From Octopus vulgaris (lineage: Eukaryota): a DNA stretch of 64,000 bases. Made by a program: the position numbers and the translations under genes. Location: contig OX597824.1 of NCBI GenBank assembly GCA_951406725.2, forward strand, positions 51,522,001 to 51,586,000, read 5' to 3'. This document shows, piece by piece, positions 37,495-50,925 of the stretch. The notes under the pieces were generated by a model. The model ran no database searches, was not told the DNA's origin, and saw only the letters and a list, made by a program, of their open reading frames with translations. The first letter of the stretch is position 1, and each line of letters begins with the position of its first letter.

Positions 37495-39376
37495 TTTTGA
37501 TCCTAACAAGTTCTGTGCTAATCATAGAAAATTAACTGCTAACCTTTAGGATTGGTTGTTTGCTAGTTTATTGATTGTCTGTCTGTATCATATGCTTTTA
37601 AAATTGCAAATTATAAAAATAGAAATTTATCAACATAGTTGAGAAAGCAGCAACTATATAAATATTATTTTAAATCTCTTACTGTATTATTGATATCTTG
37701 TTATATAATCAGAGTACATACTTTTGATAAAGTTTGAGTGTTCTCAGCTACTGTTATAAGATTTTTTTGTTGTTTAAAAAGATGTCCTCAATCTGAAAGT
37801 CACCAATGAAGGAACATCTCTGCAATCTTTCAATCCATTAGAAATTGCAGCAAAAAGGATAGATAATATAACCCTAGATATACAAAATGTGGCTCATGGT
37901 CTGATTGAATATGGCTGATGTGGGGGATAAACAACAGTTATGACTTTTATTTTAAATTTTAAAACTAGGCAGAAGAAACCTACTGATAAGAACAAATCTC
38001 GTTGCCAAGTGCTTCTTAATTTAAATAAAAGAATTATGTTCCTATTCCCCTACCACACCAGTCATTATGCAGTCATTCATCCCACTGTTTATTTCATTCA
38101 TTCACTTTTGACTTGCAGTCGGTTTAATGCATTCAGTGTTTGGGATTGATTGAACCAAGAATTATAATAAAATCAAAAGAGCACACATGTGCACGCATAC
38201 ACGTGCACACACACACACAAACACACTCACTCACTCTCTCTCTGTATTTGGTATTCTTCACAAACAGATTTACAATTCCTCTTCCACAACTAATTTCTTC
38301 AAATATAATTGTATTGGACTGATTTCTTCATAGCCATAGATTTAGATAATGTTGTCTTGGTAAGTTTCCATGGTGATACTTGATTTTTATTTTTTCCTCC
38401 GTTTTTCATTTTATTTTATTTTGTTTTTTATTCTATTTTTTTTGCTGTTAGTCATCAATGTCAAGAAATATTATTTCATTTCTTTCCTAAACAACAGGGT
38501 GGTTGTCTATGTGGTACAAATACATATGTCTGCAGCATGTATGTATACTTGTGATATCAAGCATTATCTATTCCTGAACAGTGTATAGCCAGTGTATAAA
38601 TCCCTTTTATATTGCCAATGCATAATTTAGTGATGTTTCTTTTCTAGAGAGATGGAAGGCAAAGCCAAACTAATTAGAATTTGAACGAAAGAATCAAGGA
38701 ATATTTAGTTTATACTAGCATTTCTACTAACATGTTACCTCTTATGTGCATATGATCCTTTCTGTTATAGATGCAAGACTTGAAATTATAGTGGAGGAGG
38801 ATAGTCAATTAAATCAATCCTAGTAGTGTTTATTTCATTGACTCTGATAAGATGAAAGACAAAGTTGCCCTCAGCAGCGTTTGAACTTGGTGCATAAAGC
38901 CAAAAGAAATACAGCTAAGCATTTTGTGTGTGTATAATATTCTGTACATCTTCTACATGACATCTGTCCAGATGCTGATATTTATTGCCTCAATTATTTT
39001 ATATATGATAGTGAATTTAGACAGGAGTACTGTAGATGTTCTGTGGTAGCCCAGGGCATGGCACACACATCTGTTTATCTTTCTTTTTATGGTTCACAAA
39101 AACTTAACATTCTGACAAGATACAATACAGTAGTTAGGTATAATGCAATGATTAGATACAAAGCAGTGGTTAGATAGAATCGAGTGGTTAGCAAGAGAAA
39201 AGAAATTCTCTTAAAATGTCAACCTGGTTTCTTTTTTGGTTTCCAAGTTTTAAGCCATAACATTATTTAGGCAAAGTTATTCAACAGCAACAACGAAAGC
39301 ATCGATTCATAAATTAACTGCTTTATATTAAAGCAGCAAATGATGTCTTGTAATCATAATAAATACACTAAACCTA

Positions 39377-42300
39377 ATGTTGGTAATGCCTAACTACACT
39401 AGACCCAGTGATGGTAATACTAAATGTGCTAGACCCAGTGTTGGTAATGCAAACTGCACTAGACCCAGTGTTGTTATTGCTAGGTGTGCTAGACCCAGTG
39501 GTATTGCCAACTGCGCTAGAGCCAGTGTTGGTAATGCTAACTGCGATAGAGCCAGTGTTGGTAATGCTAATTGCGATAGACCCAGTATTGGTAATGCTAA
39601 CTGTGATAGAACCAATGGTGGTATTGCTAACTGCGATAGAGCCAGTGTTGGTAATGCTAATTGTGATAAGAGCCAGTGGTGGTTATGCTAACTACACTAG
39701 ACCCAGTACGTTATTGCTAGGTGCGCTAGACCCAGTGGTGGTAATGGTGACTGCGCTAGTCCCAGTGTTGGTAATGGTGACTGCGCTAGACCCAGTGGTG
39801 GTAATGCTAACTGCCATAGAGCCAGTGTTGATAATGCTTACTGCGATAGAGGCAATGGTGGTAATGCTAACCGTGCGAGACCTAGTGTTGGTAATGCTAG
39901 GTGCCCTAGAGCCAGTGTTGGTAATGCTAAGTGCGCTAGAGCCAGTGGTGGTAATGCTAACTGCGCTAATGCCAGTGGTGGTAATGCTAACTGCACTCGA
40001 GCCAGTGGTGGTAATGCTAATTGTGCTAGACACACTGTTGGTAATGCTAACTGTGCTGCAGCCAGTCTGGGAGTCTTCCTAATACTGGCTATGCTGAAGC
40101 CAGTGTTGTTAATGCTAGCTGTTCTGGAGCTGGTCTTGGTGATGATAGCTGCGCTGGAGCCAGTCTTATTAATGCTAACCATGTTGGAGCTGGTTTTGGT
40201 AATGCTAACCGCGTTGGAGCCATTCTGGGTATTGCTAACTGCTTTAGACCCATTCTTGGTAATGCTAACTGCACTAGAACTGGTTTTAGTAATGCTAACT
40301 GCGCTAGACCCAGTGTTGGTAATGGTGACTGTGCTAGACCCAGTGTTGGTAATGCTAATTGCGATAGAGCCAGTGGTAGTAATGCTAATTGTGATAGAGC
40401 CAGTGGTAGTAATGCTAATTGCGATAGAGCCAGTGTTGGTAGTGCTAAGTGTGCTAGAGCCAGTGTTGGTAGTGCTAACTGCACTAGAGCCAGTGGTAGT
40501 TATGCTAACTGTGCTAGAACCAGTGGTGGTAACGCTAACTGCGATAGAGCCAGTGGTGGTAACACTAACTGCGATAGAGCCAGTGGTGGTAACGCTAACT
40601 GCGATACAGCCAGTGGTAATAATGCTGACTGCGATAGGGCCAGTGGAAATAATGCTAACTGTGCTAGAGCCAGTGTTGGTAATGCTGACTATGCTAGAGC
40701 CAGTGTTGGTAATGCTAACTGCACTAGGGCCAGTGGTGGTAATGCTAACTGCGCTAGAGCCAGTGGTGGTAATGCTAACTGGGCTAGAGCCAGTGGTGGT
40801 AATGCTAAATTTCTAGAGCCAGTGGTGGTAATGCTAACTGCGCTAGAGCCAGTGGTGGTAATGCTAACTGCGCTAGAGCCAGTGGTGGTGATGCTAACTG
40901 TGCTAGAGCCAGTGGTGGTGATGCTAACTGCGCTAGAGCCAGTGGTGGTAATGCTAACTGCACTATGGCCAGTAGTGGTAATGCTAACTGCGCTAGAGCC
41001 AGTGTTGGTAAGGCTAACTATGCTAGAGCCAGTGGTGGTAATGCTAACTGCACTAGGGCTAGTGGTGGTAATGCTAACTATGCTAGAGCCAGTGTTGGTA
41101 ATGCTGACTATGCTAGAGCCAGTGGTGGTAATGCTAACTGTGATAGAGCCAGTGTTGGTAATGCTAACTTCGATAGAGCCAGTGTTGGTAATGCTAACTG
41201 TGCTAGACCCATGTTTGTAATGCTGACTGCCCTAGACCCAGTGTTGGTAATGCTAACTGTGATAGAGCCAGTGGTGGTTATGCTAACTCTGCTAGGGCCA
41301 GTGGTGGTTATGCTAACTCTGCTAGGGCCAGTGGTGGTAATGCTAACTGCGATAGAGCCAGTGGTGGTAATGCTAACTGCGCTAGAGCCAGTGGTGGTAA
41401 TGCTAACTGCGCTAGAGGCAGTGGTGGTAATGCTAACTGCGCTAGAGCCAGTGGTGGAAATGCTAACTGCACTAGAGCCAGCGGTGGTAATGCTAACTGT
41501 GCTAGAGTCAGTGGTGCTAATGCTAACTGCGCTAGAGCCAGTGGTGGTAATGCTAACTGTGCTAGAACCAGTGGTGGTGATGCTAACTGCGATAGTCAGA
41601 GGTAGTGATGCTAACTGCGATAGAGCCAGTGGTGGTAATGCTTACTGTGATAGAGCCAGTGGTGGTAATGCTAACTGTGCTGCAGCCAGTCTGGGAGTCT
41701 TCCTAATACTGGCTATGCTGAGGCCAGTGTTGTTAATGCTAACTGTGCTGGAGCTGGTCTTGGTGATGATAGCTGCGCTGGAGCCAGTCTTATTAATGCT
41801 AACCGTGTTGGAGCTGGTTTTGGTAATGCTAACCGCGTTGGAGCCAGTCTGGGTATTGCTAACTGCTTTAGACCCATTCTTGGTAATGCTAACTGCACTA
41901 AAACTGGTTTTGGTAATGCTAACTTCAGTTGACCCAATGTTGGTAATGCTAACCAAGCTGGTGCCAGTTTTGGTAATGTTAATTAAGCTGGAGCTGCTCT
42001 TGGTAATGCTAACTGTGCTTGAGCCGGTCTTGATAATGCAATGTGCACTGGAGCCGGTCATGGTAGTGTCAACCACGCTGGAGCTGGTTATGGTAGTGTC
42101 AACTATACCGGAGCCAGTCCTGTTGGTGCCGATTGTGCTGGAGGTGGTCCTGGTAATGCTAACTTCTCTGCAACCAGTCTTGGTAATGCCAACTGCGCTG
42201 GAGCCAGTGTCGGTAATGCTAACTGCACTGGAGCCAGTGTTGGTAATGCTAACAGTGCTGGAGCTTTTCTTGGTAATGCCAATAGTGTCAGAGCCAGTCT

Positions 42301-43640
42301 AGGTAATACCAACCATGCCGGAGCCAGTCTGTGCTAGAGCTGGTTGTGATAATGCCAACCATGCCGGAGCCTGTCTGTGCCAGAGTCAGTCTTGGTAATG
42401 CCAACTGCGCCGAAGCCGGTCCTGTTAGTGCCAACTGTGCTAGAGCCTGTCTTGGTAATGCTTACCGTGCCACAACTGGTTTTGGTAATGCTAACCATGC
42501 CACAACTGGTCTTGGTAATGCTAACTGTGCTGCAGCCAAGTTTGGTAAAGCTAACTGTGCTGGAGCCGGTCTTTGTAATGCTAACTGCACTGGAGCTAGT
42601 CTTTTTAATGCTAATTGCGTTGGAGCTGGTCTTGGCAATGGCAAGTGCACTAGACTCAGTCTTGGTAATGCTAACCACATTTGAGCTGGTCTTGTTAATG
42701 CTAACCGTTCTTCTGCCAGCTCTGGTAATGCTAACTGTGCTGGAGTTGGTTTTTGTAATGCTAACTGTGCTGGAGTCCATCTTTGTAATTCTAACTGTGC
42801 TGGAGCTTTTCTTGGTAATGCTAACTGCACTAGAGCTGGGCTTGGTAATGCCAACCATGCTGGAGCTGGTCTTGGTAATGCCAGCTGCGCCAAAGTCGGT
42901 TTTGGTAATGCTAACTGTGCCATATCCGGTCTTGCTAATGCCAACCACGCCATAGCTGGTCTTGGTAGTACCAACTGCGCCAGGCCCAGTCTTGATAGTG
43001 CCAACCGTGTTGGGCCCAGTCTTGGTAGTGCCAGCCATGTTGGGCCTGGTGTTGCTAGTGCCAGCCGCACTAGGCCCTGTGTTTCTAGTGCCAACCACGC
43101 TGGGCCCTGTGTTGCTCGTGCTGGCTACGCCTGGCCTGATGTTACTTGTGCCAGTCGCGCCGGGCCTGGTGTTGCTGGTGCCAGTTGCGCCGGGCCCACT
43201 GTTGCTAGTGCCAGCTGGGCTGAGCCCGGTGTTGCTAGTGCCAGTCACACTGGGCTCGGTGTTGCTAGTGCCAGTCACACTGGGCTCGGTGTTGCTAGTG
43301 CCAGTCAAGCCAGGCCTGGTGTTGGTAGTGCCATGCGCCCCGGGCTCGGTGTTGATAATGTCAATCACACTAGACCCAGACCTGGTGGTGTTAACTGCAC
43401 TAGACCCAGTCTTGGTAATGCTAACCGCACTAGACCCAGTATTGGTAATGCCAACTGCACTAGGCCCAGTGTTGGTAATGCCAACCGCACTATGCTCAGT
43501 ATTGGTAATGCCAACAGCAGTAGACCCAGTCTTGGTAATGCCAACCATACTAGACCTAGTCTTGGTAGTGCTAACCACACTAGACCCAGTCCTGGTGGTG
43601 TTAACAGCACTAGACACAGTCCTGTTAGTGCTAACTGCTC
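39377..43640. repeat. 30-bp tandem array (consensus ccagtggtggtaatgctaactgcgctagag), about 140 units
   Basis: Clear 30-bp periodicity; homogeneous centre (40300-41660), more divergent 3' half; occasional 1-bp indels. Confidence 0.96.
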
Positions 43641-44623
43641 TGAACTCAGCCCCATGTACTTTTACTCTGTTGATTTATGGAATGGTACTCTAATTTCTTT
43701 AAACTGAATCATGGTAATGTAACTACTCTAAATGAAGCATGACAGCTGTCATTTCTTTTAACTCAGATCTAAGAGTATCTATTTGAAACCGAGTTTTAGT
43801 ATGTATGTATTTTATAGAAAGACTTGGCAATGGTAACTGCTTTAAAATCCAGACTGAGTAACTGATATTGAATACATCTCAGATCTAGTAAATCATAACT
43901 ACTTTAAACAGAGATCTGGTAAGTCATTAATTTAAACTCTGGCTACTGACAGTATTTTAAACTTAAGTATGGTAAGTAGGATTTTTGCAGAGGTTTTTAG
44001 ATGTTTCAATGACCTTGTCTGTAATAGAAATCAAGTATATGTTTGAAAGAGGCCAGGGATAGCACTGAAAGATAATCAGATTTCAAACACTAACTTGTAA
44101 GTTTGGAACATCGATAGAAGGAAAACGATTTATTGAAAGAAAATCAACTAAGATTCTCTGTTTGTTAAATATGACAGAAGACCGACCACTTATAAGATTC
44201 CCACCATCTCCATCTTAGTGTAACTGGTTGAACCAGCAATGTCAGATGAGACTGCTCAACTAATGTTTATCAGACAAACTAGAATCAATAATTGGTGATA
44301 AATTTAAGTACATTCTTCACTTTAGCTTTTTGGTACACTTTGTATTTTTTTTCCTCAGTTTTATTTCATTACTTGAGTCTGTAGTGCACTCTCATCATCA
44401 TTGTCATGATAAATTTTGTTTTTCCTTCTATTGAATTCTTATCTCTTTTGTTTGCCATTACCACATCACCCATTAATGTGTCTTTCAGTTATGTTTAAGA
44501 TGTCTCTTGATGTATACATTTCATGTCTATAGTTTCACTCATATTTCCATGTGTAACTGGTTGATTCAACATTTCTTTTGATAAAATAGGTTCATAACTA
44601 TATGACATTCTTTTTTACCACTG

Positions 44624-44925
44624 AAGGTGTGTGGCTTCATGGTTAGGATATTCTGCTTATGATCATAAGGTCATGAATTTGATTCCAGGTGGTGCATTGT
44701 CTTTGAAGAAGATACTTTATATCATGTTGTTCAAGTCCACTCAGCTGGCAATAATGAGTAGTATCTATATTTCAAAGGGTCAGCCTTACTACACTCTGTG
44801 TCATTGCTGAATCTCCCTGAGAACTATGTTAAGGTTACACATGTCTGTGGCATGCTCAACCACGTGCACATTAATTTCATGAGCAGATGAGATTGTCTGG
44901 AACCCTCATCATAACCAACAGAGTA
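44624..44925 (+). mobile_element. tRNA-derived SINE, family C
   Basis: gaaggtgtgtggct..tggttagg head; body homologous to 52161-52430. Confidence 0.7.
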
Positions 44926-46130
44926 GGTTGCATGGGTAAACCTAAAATTTTGTTTTAACAATTATCACCACCACCACCAACAATAACACCAACTATCATC
45001 ATTGTCACCATGACCACCACTAACCATCATCATTGCCATAAACTCTGTCTTCACCATGACCATGACCATCAAGAGTGTTTGGAAGTACAGACTAAACAGG
45101 AAACATGTGCTGGAAGCTTCTTTTAGTAGAAGTAAAATGGTTAGTAGAGTAATATGGGTAGTGATTTAGGCTATATTGTGGATTGTAGGTTCAAACCTAC
45201 TCTTGTCATTTCATTGTTTCTGACAAAAAACTAAACCATATACCTCAGTTCACTTATCAGTTGAAAATGAATAGCAGATTATGTCAGGAATGTTTCTTAC
45301 AATGGCTCTGTATCCTATTTAAGAAGAGAACTGTTTCTAATGTAGTTTGTATGATGAAATTGGAGCTAAACACTGGATTTTGGGGGATTAGCATTGTATT
45401 TTTCTCAAATGTGTATAATCTTGTCAGTGAGTGGACTAATATCTTCTTGTCTGATGTAGTTATTTCATTAGTTTCTGATTTAATTAACTCCAACCACTGC
45501 CTCATGGTTCACATTTACTCAACCTTACCCATACTAATACAATCATCTCTCTCTTACATTAACCAATGAATCCTTTGGTATCAGTTGCTTATTTCTGCTC
45601 ACTTGTGCACAACTTCTCCAGCAAGTTTATAACAAATCCTACTAATTACTTCTCTAATCACTGCACACTGCAAGTTCTGCACTTATTACCCATATTTCGC
45701 TGCTGCACAGTGTTGTAGTCATATTAATCTCTGCCCAGAGAAATTTAATGAGCAAGCATAGAAAATCTAAATAGCCACATTCTGATCAAACATAGGAAAC
45801 TGACTGGGTTTAGAATTATTGATGCTTGCATGTTTGTTTGCTATGATTCATCATTTGTTTGTTTATAAATTGATTTCTTTTTTGGTCACTGACCAGTTAC
45901 TGCCATTCAGCCTTCCGAGGTCAATAAATGAAGTACTAGTTGATAATATATATGAACTGAGGTCAGTATAAATGGCTATAATCTAGAAGATGGTGTTTCC
46001 TTGTAGGCAAATTTCACTGAAACAGTCAAAAGATTAAAAATATGTCAAATTGAAGTCGCACCACTTTAATTACTGGTACTTATTTCATTGAAATTAGAAG
46101 AATAAAAGAGTTGTCAATGTTGCCTAAGAT

Positions 46131-46568
46131 TAAGATGACAAGCTGACAGAAAGAACTGTTAGCACACTTGGCAAAATGCTTAGTGACATTTCATCTGTCC
46201 TATGTTCTGAGCTCATAAACTGATGTAGTCGACTTTGCCTTTCATCCTTACAGGGTCAATAAAATAAGTACTGGGGTCGATGTAATCAACTTACCTCTCC
46301 TTCAAAATTGCTGGCCTGGTGCCAAAATGTGAAACCCATATTGCCTAAGATGGCAAGCTGACAGAAGCATTAGCTTGCTCATCAAAATGCCTAGTGGTAT
46401 TCTGTCTGTCTTAATATTCAAATTCACCTGAGGTTGACTTTGCCTTTCATCCATTGGGGATTAATAAAATAAGTACCAGTTGAGCATTGGGGTCATTGTA
46501 ATTGACTTAATCCTTCCCATGAAATTACTGGCCTTGTACCAAAATTTGAAACTAATATTGCTTAAGAT
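46131..46568 (+). mobile_element. Two tandem SINE family A copies
   Basis: Two complete bodies bounded and separated by a repeated ttgcctaagat motif. Confidence 0.85.
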
Positions 46569-47798
46569 TTTTTTGTCACACTGTAAGCATCAAAGGGTAA
46601 AACTTTGTACTGTAAGGTGACTAGAACAGTGTTTCACTTCTTCTGACTGGTTGTTGCATTTAATTATGACTTCTTAATTTCCTACAAGGGCAGTAATTTC
46701 TTATAAAGAAGCATTGTTGATTGGACTTATTCAAGTTACATGCCTGAGTATTTTGTTTTATGAACTGTTATAAGATTTGAACTCAGAACAAATAAATCAT
46801 CATCATCATCCATACTTGCATGGGTCAGATGGAATTCATTGAGGCAGAATTCTTGCAGATGGATGCCTTTCTTGTTACATCATGGTCATACATATACAGG
46901 AGAGTGGAAATGAAAGTTACGACTTGTTTGATGATGAGGAGGATGCTCATTCGCAATTATAGCATAATGTCAAGGAGACACACACCCATGCATACACACA
47001 CACATATATACAGATTTGTACACCACCTTTAATCATTTAATTTGGTGCAACTACTATTACTATCACTACCTTGGGTCATTTAATTTGGTACATTACCATT
47101 GCTGGTACTACCAAGACAGCTGGAGCACCTTCTGCTCACTAACCATTCTTTGATCAGAGTTAGTTGATGATCACAGCAAAATACAACTGATAATACTTAC
47201 AGTCAAGAGCTGTTTAATAAATAAAACCCCTTATATTATCAATAAACTAGTGTATTTAACAATTAAATAAAAAAGAAAAGCATAAAAAAAGTGTCTGATT
47301 CCTATAACCTATTCAGACATTGTCATTCAGTCTGAGGAATTTTCATATTGTTTGCAAAGTTTGTCCATTTAATTATTTTTGTATTTCTCTTTTATTGCAG
47401 ATTCATGAAGGCAAAGGAAGACGAAGATCTAGCATGAAGAACAACTAAATTGCTTGGATTTATTAGGAAAACATTCTTTACGGAGGATTCCAATTACTAT
47501 TTCTCCCACTAAAATGACTGTATCCCCACTGCATCCTTGAAACAACTGTTGTGGTCTCCAGCTGATAATTTATTTTTTGCTTGTTATGGTTACTATTTAG
47601 AAACTTCTCTCTTAATAAACCTGATAACCTCACTGTAAAGGGCTTGTGTTGTTTTGTTATATGGATTTTTATTTAGCTTTATAATTAATTTTATCATGTG
47701 TTTAGATCTGAGCAGCTTAAAGAAAAAACAACAAAATATACTATTAATTATATAGTACGCTATATCTGAGAAATTTGTTTCTTCTGTCTTTGGGGAAA

Positions 47799-48381
47799 AT
47801 GGATCATTCATCAAATGGTGTCACAACACCATCTGATTCATCTGGTGCTGGAGATGTGCACCATCCTTACAGAAGTTTGACTTTTGATCATACCAGTGAG
47901 CCAACTGGAGAACGAGCTTGTCATCGGACAAGTTATTCTCTGGATATCACTGAAAAAACAGAAATAGACAATAGTCAGCTGTCGAAGCGGGGCATAATTG
48001 TCACAGATATTGATCAAGCGATGTTGGACCATGACACCAGAATACTTGCGCAGATGAACAACATCAGGGCTCAAAAAAGTATCGATGTTATGGCTGTTGC
48101 TCCACGAGCAACAGGCATGCCCCTTCTCTCTCCAGAACCAACAACAAAAAGCAAAAAACATTCATTGCAAGATGCCAATAGTGCTATAGCTTCTGCCAAA
48201 CTTCTTAGTTCAGCAAATGATGGCCCTGAATCAGGAACGGGCAATGAATATGTGAAACAATTGAATGACACAGTACAAAGTTCTTTAAATGGCAATTATT
48301 CTGCTTTTAAAGTTGACAAATTACATTGGCCAACAGAGGTTCCAACTAAATTGAACTTCAGTCATCTGGAGGTTTTTGAAG
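47799..48381 (+). CDS. First coding exon of a host gene, probably formin (FMN/cappuccino-like) N-terminus
   Basis: ATG 47799 opens 194 codons; donor GAAG|GTAGGT (phase 1); strong acceptor tttctcttttattgcag at 47400 implies a 47401-48381 exon with 5' UTR; splices in frame to 52842. Family assignment is from recall of the FEGQML..W motif, not from a search. Confidence 0.82.
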
Positions 48382-48975
48382 GTAGGTTTTAATTTTTCAG
48401 CAAAATTATTTTTTCAGTTAACTTATGTACAATCCTCTTCTAAAATTTGTGACCTTTCTGCTCTTCTTTGTTGTTAATTTTATTCTTCTTAGTATTACAA
48501 TCTGGAAACAGTAAGGTCACTGGGTTAAATATATGCTATATCTATTGGTGTGTGTTTACATTGTTATTTCACCCACAATGAGGCTTTGTAATATTTCAAA
48601 CTATATACCTTCTGATATTTAGCTGAAATCTTTACAAGGCTTATGTTTCTTTCATTCTTCCAGCATTGATAAAATAAGTACCTGTTTGACTGACCTCAGC
48701 AGAAATGGGGCCCTGTAACAATGTAAAATTTTTCTCGACTTCATTCCCTTCTGTTATCTGTAGTTGAGACAGAACATGAGACTAGATTTTAATTTTTTCA
48801 TTTTTTGTCTCTATTGTGTATTCAAATCTTGCTTTGTGGTTAACTTAGTCTTTTTATCCCACTGAGATAAGTAAAACAAATGCTGATCATATATTGGTGT
48901 TAATTTAATTGTGTTTACTTCTTCCTTTTGAATTTCCTTGTCCTAATGTGAGAAATCATTAATATTACTATATTA

Positions 48976-50925
48976 AGGTGGCAAGCTGCAAGCAAAGCAT
49001 TTAGCATGCTGAGCAAAGCATTTAGCAGCACTTCATCTGTTTTTTCATCCTGTGTTCAAATTCCATTGGAATTGACTTTGCCTTTCATCCTTTTGAGATT
49101 GATAAAATAAGTACCAGTTGATTTAATCAACTTAACCCCCACCCCTCAATCTGTTGGCCTTGTGCTAAAATTTGAAACCAATATTACTATTACATTCCCA
49201 TAGTTGTGTTCCAACATGACCATATAAGCATGGCTGAAACAAATAGAAGAATAGTGTTGATGATGGTCACAGTAAAGGGTGCCAAGATCATCATGCACTA
49301 TATTAAATACCTTTGAATATTTAGTTAATTCTCAGTATGTTCTGAGTTCAGATTCTACCAGGGCCAACTTTGTTTTTAATTTTATCTAGGATCAATAACA
49401 CAAAATACCAGCCAGATTCTTCACTAATATAATTAGCCATACTTTCCCCCTTAATTTGTAGCTTTGTGTTCACTTAAGGTTTGAAATCCTTATTTATTAT
49501 CAATTGGAATTAATGTGGTGGATGATAGAATTGGTCTTTACTTTTGTTCTTTTACATTCTGAGTTCAAATCTCTGTGTTGATATACATGACTATCAGTTG
49601 AGTTTTGGTAGAGGTGGTTAATAAAAATTGACTGTGCTCTTTGTTCTAAAATTTGTAAGTGGCCTTGTACCTTACATTATCATTATTATCATTCAAAGTA
49701 GAGTGGCAAGCTGGCAGAATTGATAGCATGCTGGGCAAAATGCCTAACAGCATTTTGTCAGTCTTTACATTCCTAGTTCAAATTCTGCCAAAGTCTACTT
49801 TGTTTTTCAGTGTTATAGAGTTGATAAAATAAGTACCAGTTGAACAGTGGGGTTGATGTAATTGATTTATCTCCTCCCCTGAACTTGCTGGTCTGTGCCA
49901 AAATTTGAAACTATTATCATTCAAAGTGTTTTGTTGTGATGGTGGGGGAGTCATTATCATGTCAGACAAAAATGTTTAGTGATGTTTCTTCTGGCTCTTT
50001 ACATTCTTTGTTCAAATGCTGCTGAGATTAACTTCACCTTTTAATCCTTTCAGGGTTACTAAAATAAGTACCAGTTCAGCATTGGGGTTGATGTAATTAA
50101 CTAGCCCCTCCCTGAATATTTCAAACCTTGTGCCTGTAGTAGAAAGAATTATTATTAGGCAACAAATTGGCAGAATTGTTAGAGCACCAGAAAATGCCTT
50201 GTGATATTTCTTTCAACTCTTTACACTCTGAGTTTAAATACTACTGAGGTCAACTTTGCTTTTCATCACTTGGGGGGGGGGGAGTCAATAAAATTAAAAA
50301 CCTTTCAAGAATTGGGCTTCATGGTATTGATTAACTCCCCATCCTCAGAATTGCTGGCCTTGTGCCAAAATAGAAACCATTTAAATTCTGCTGAGGTCGA
50401 CTTTACCTTTTATCCTTTTGGGGGTTCATTAAATAAGTACGAGTTGAATATGGGGGTTGATGTATTCTACTTCCCCACTTCCCCAAAGTTGCTGGCCTTG
50501 GGTTAAAATTTGAAACCATTATTATTATTGTTGGTAGATTGACATCATTAAAGAGTTGCATTATTTGTTCCACCTCTTTACATCTTGAGTTCAGATCCTG
50601 CTGAGGTCAACTTTCATCCTTCTGGGGTTGATTAAATATCAAGCAAGTACTAAGATCAGCTGGTCTCTCATACCATAATTTCTGACCTTGTGCCAGTGTA
50701 AGAAATTATTACAGGGAAATGAACTGGCAGAATCAGAGCATAAGACAAAATGACTTGCAGTATTTGTTCTGGGTACTTCTGAGTTCAAATTCTGTTGAGG
50801 TAACTATACACTTTATCCCTCTGGAATTGATGAAATAAAATACCAGTCATATACTTGGGTTGATGTTCTTACCTGTTCCCCCTAATTTCTGACCTATGCC
50901 TATATTAGAAACTATTGTAGTACTA
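48976..50925 (+). mobile_element. Head-to-tail array of about 9 SINE family A copies in an intron
   Basis: Repeated ggcaagctggcagaat..gagttcaaat..tttcatcc..aaataagtaccag..ccttgtgcc..gaaa-(att)n units, all on the + strand. Confidence 0.85.

Noticed and set aside
39377-43640. CRISPR-like appearance of a 30-bp repeat
   Set aside because: Units are contiguous with no unique spacers, no cas genes are present, and the context is eukaryotic
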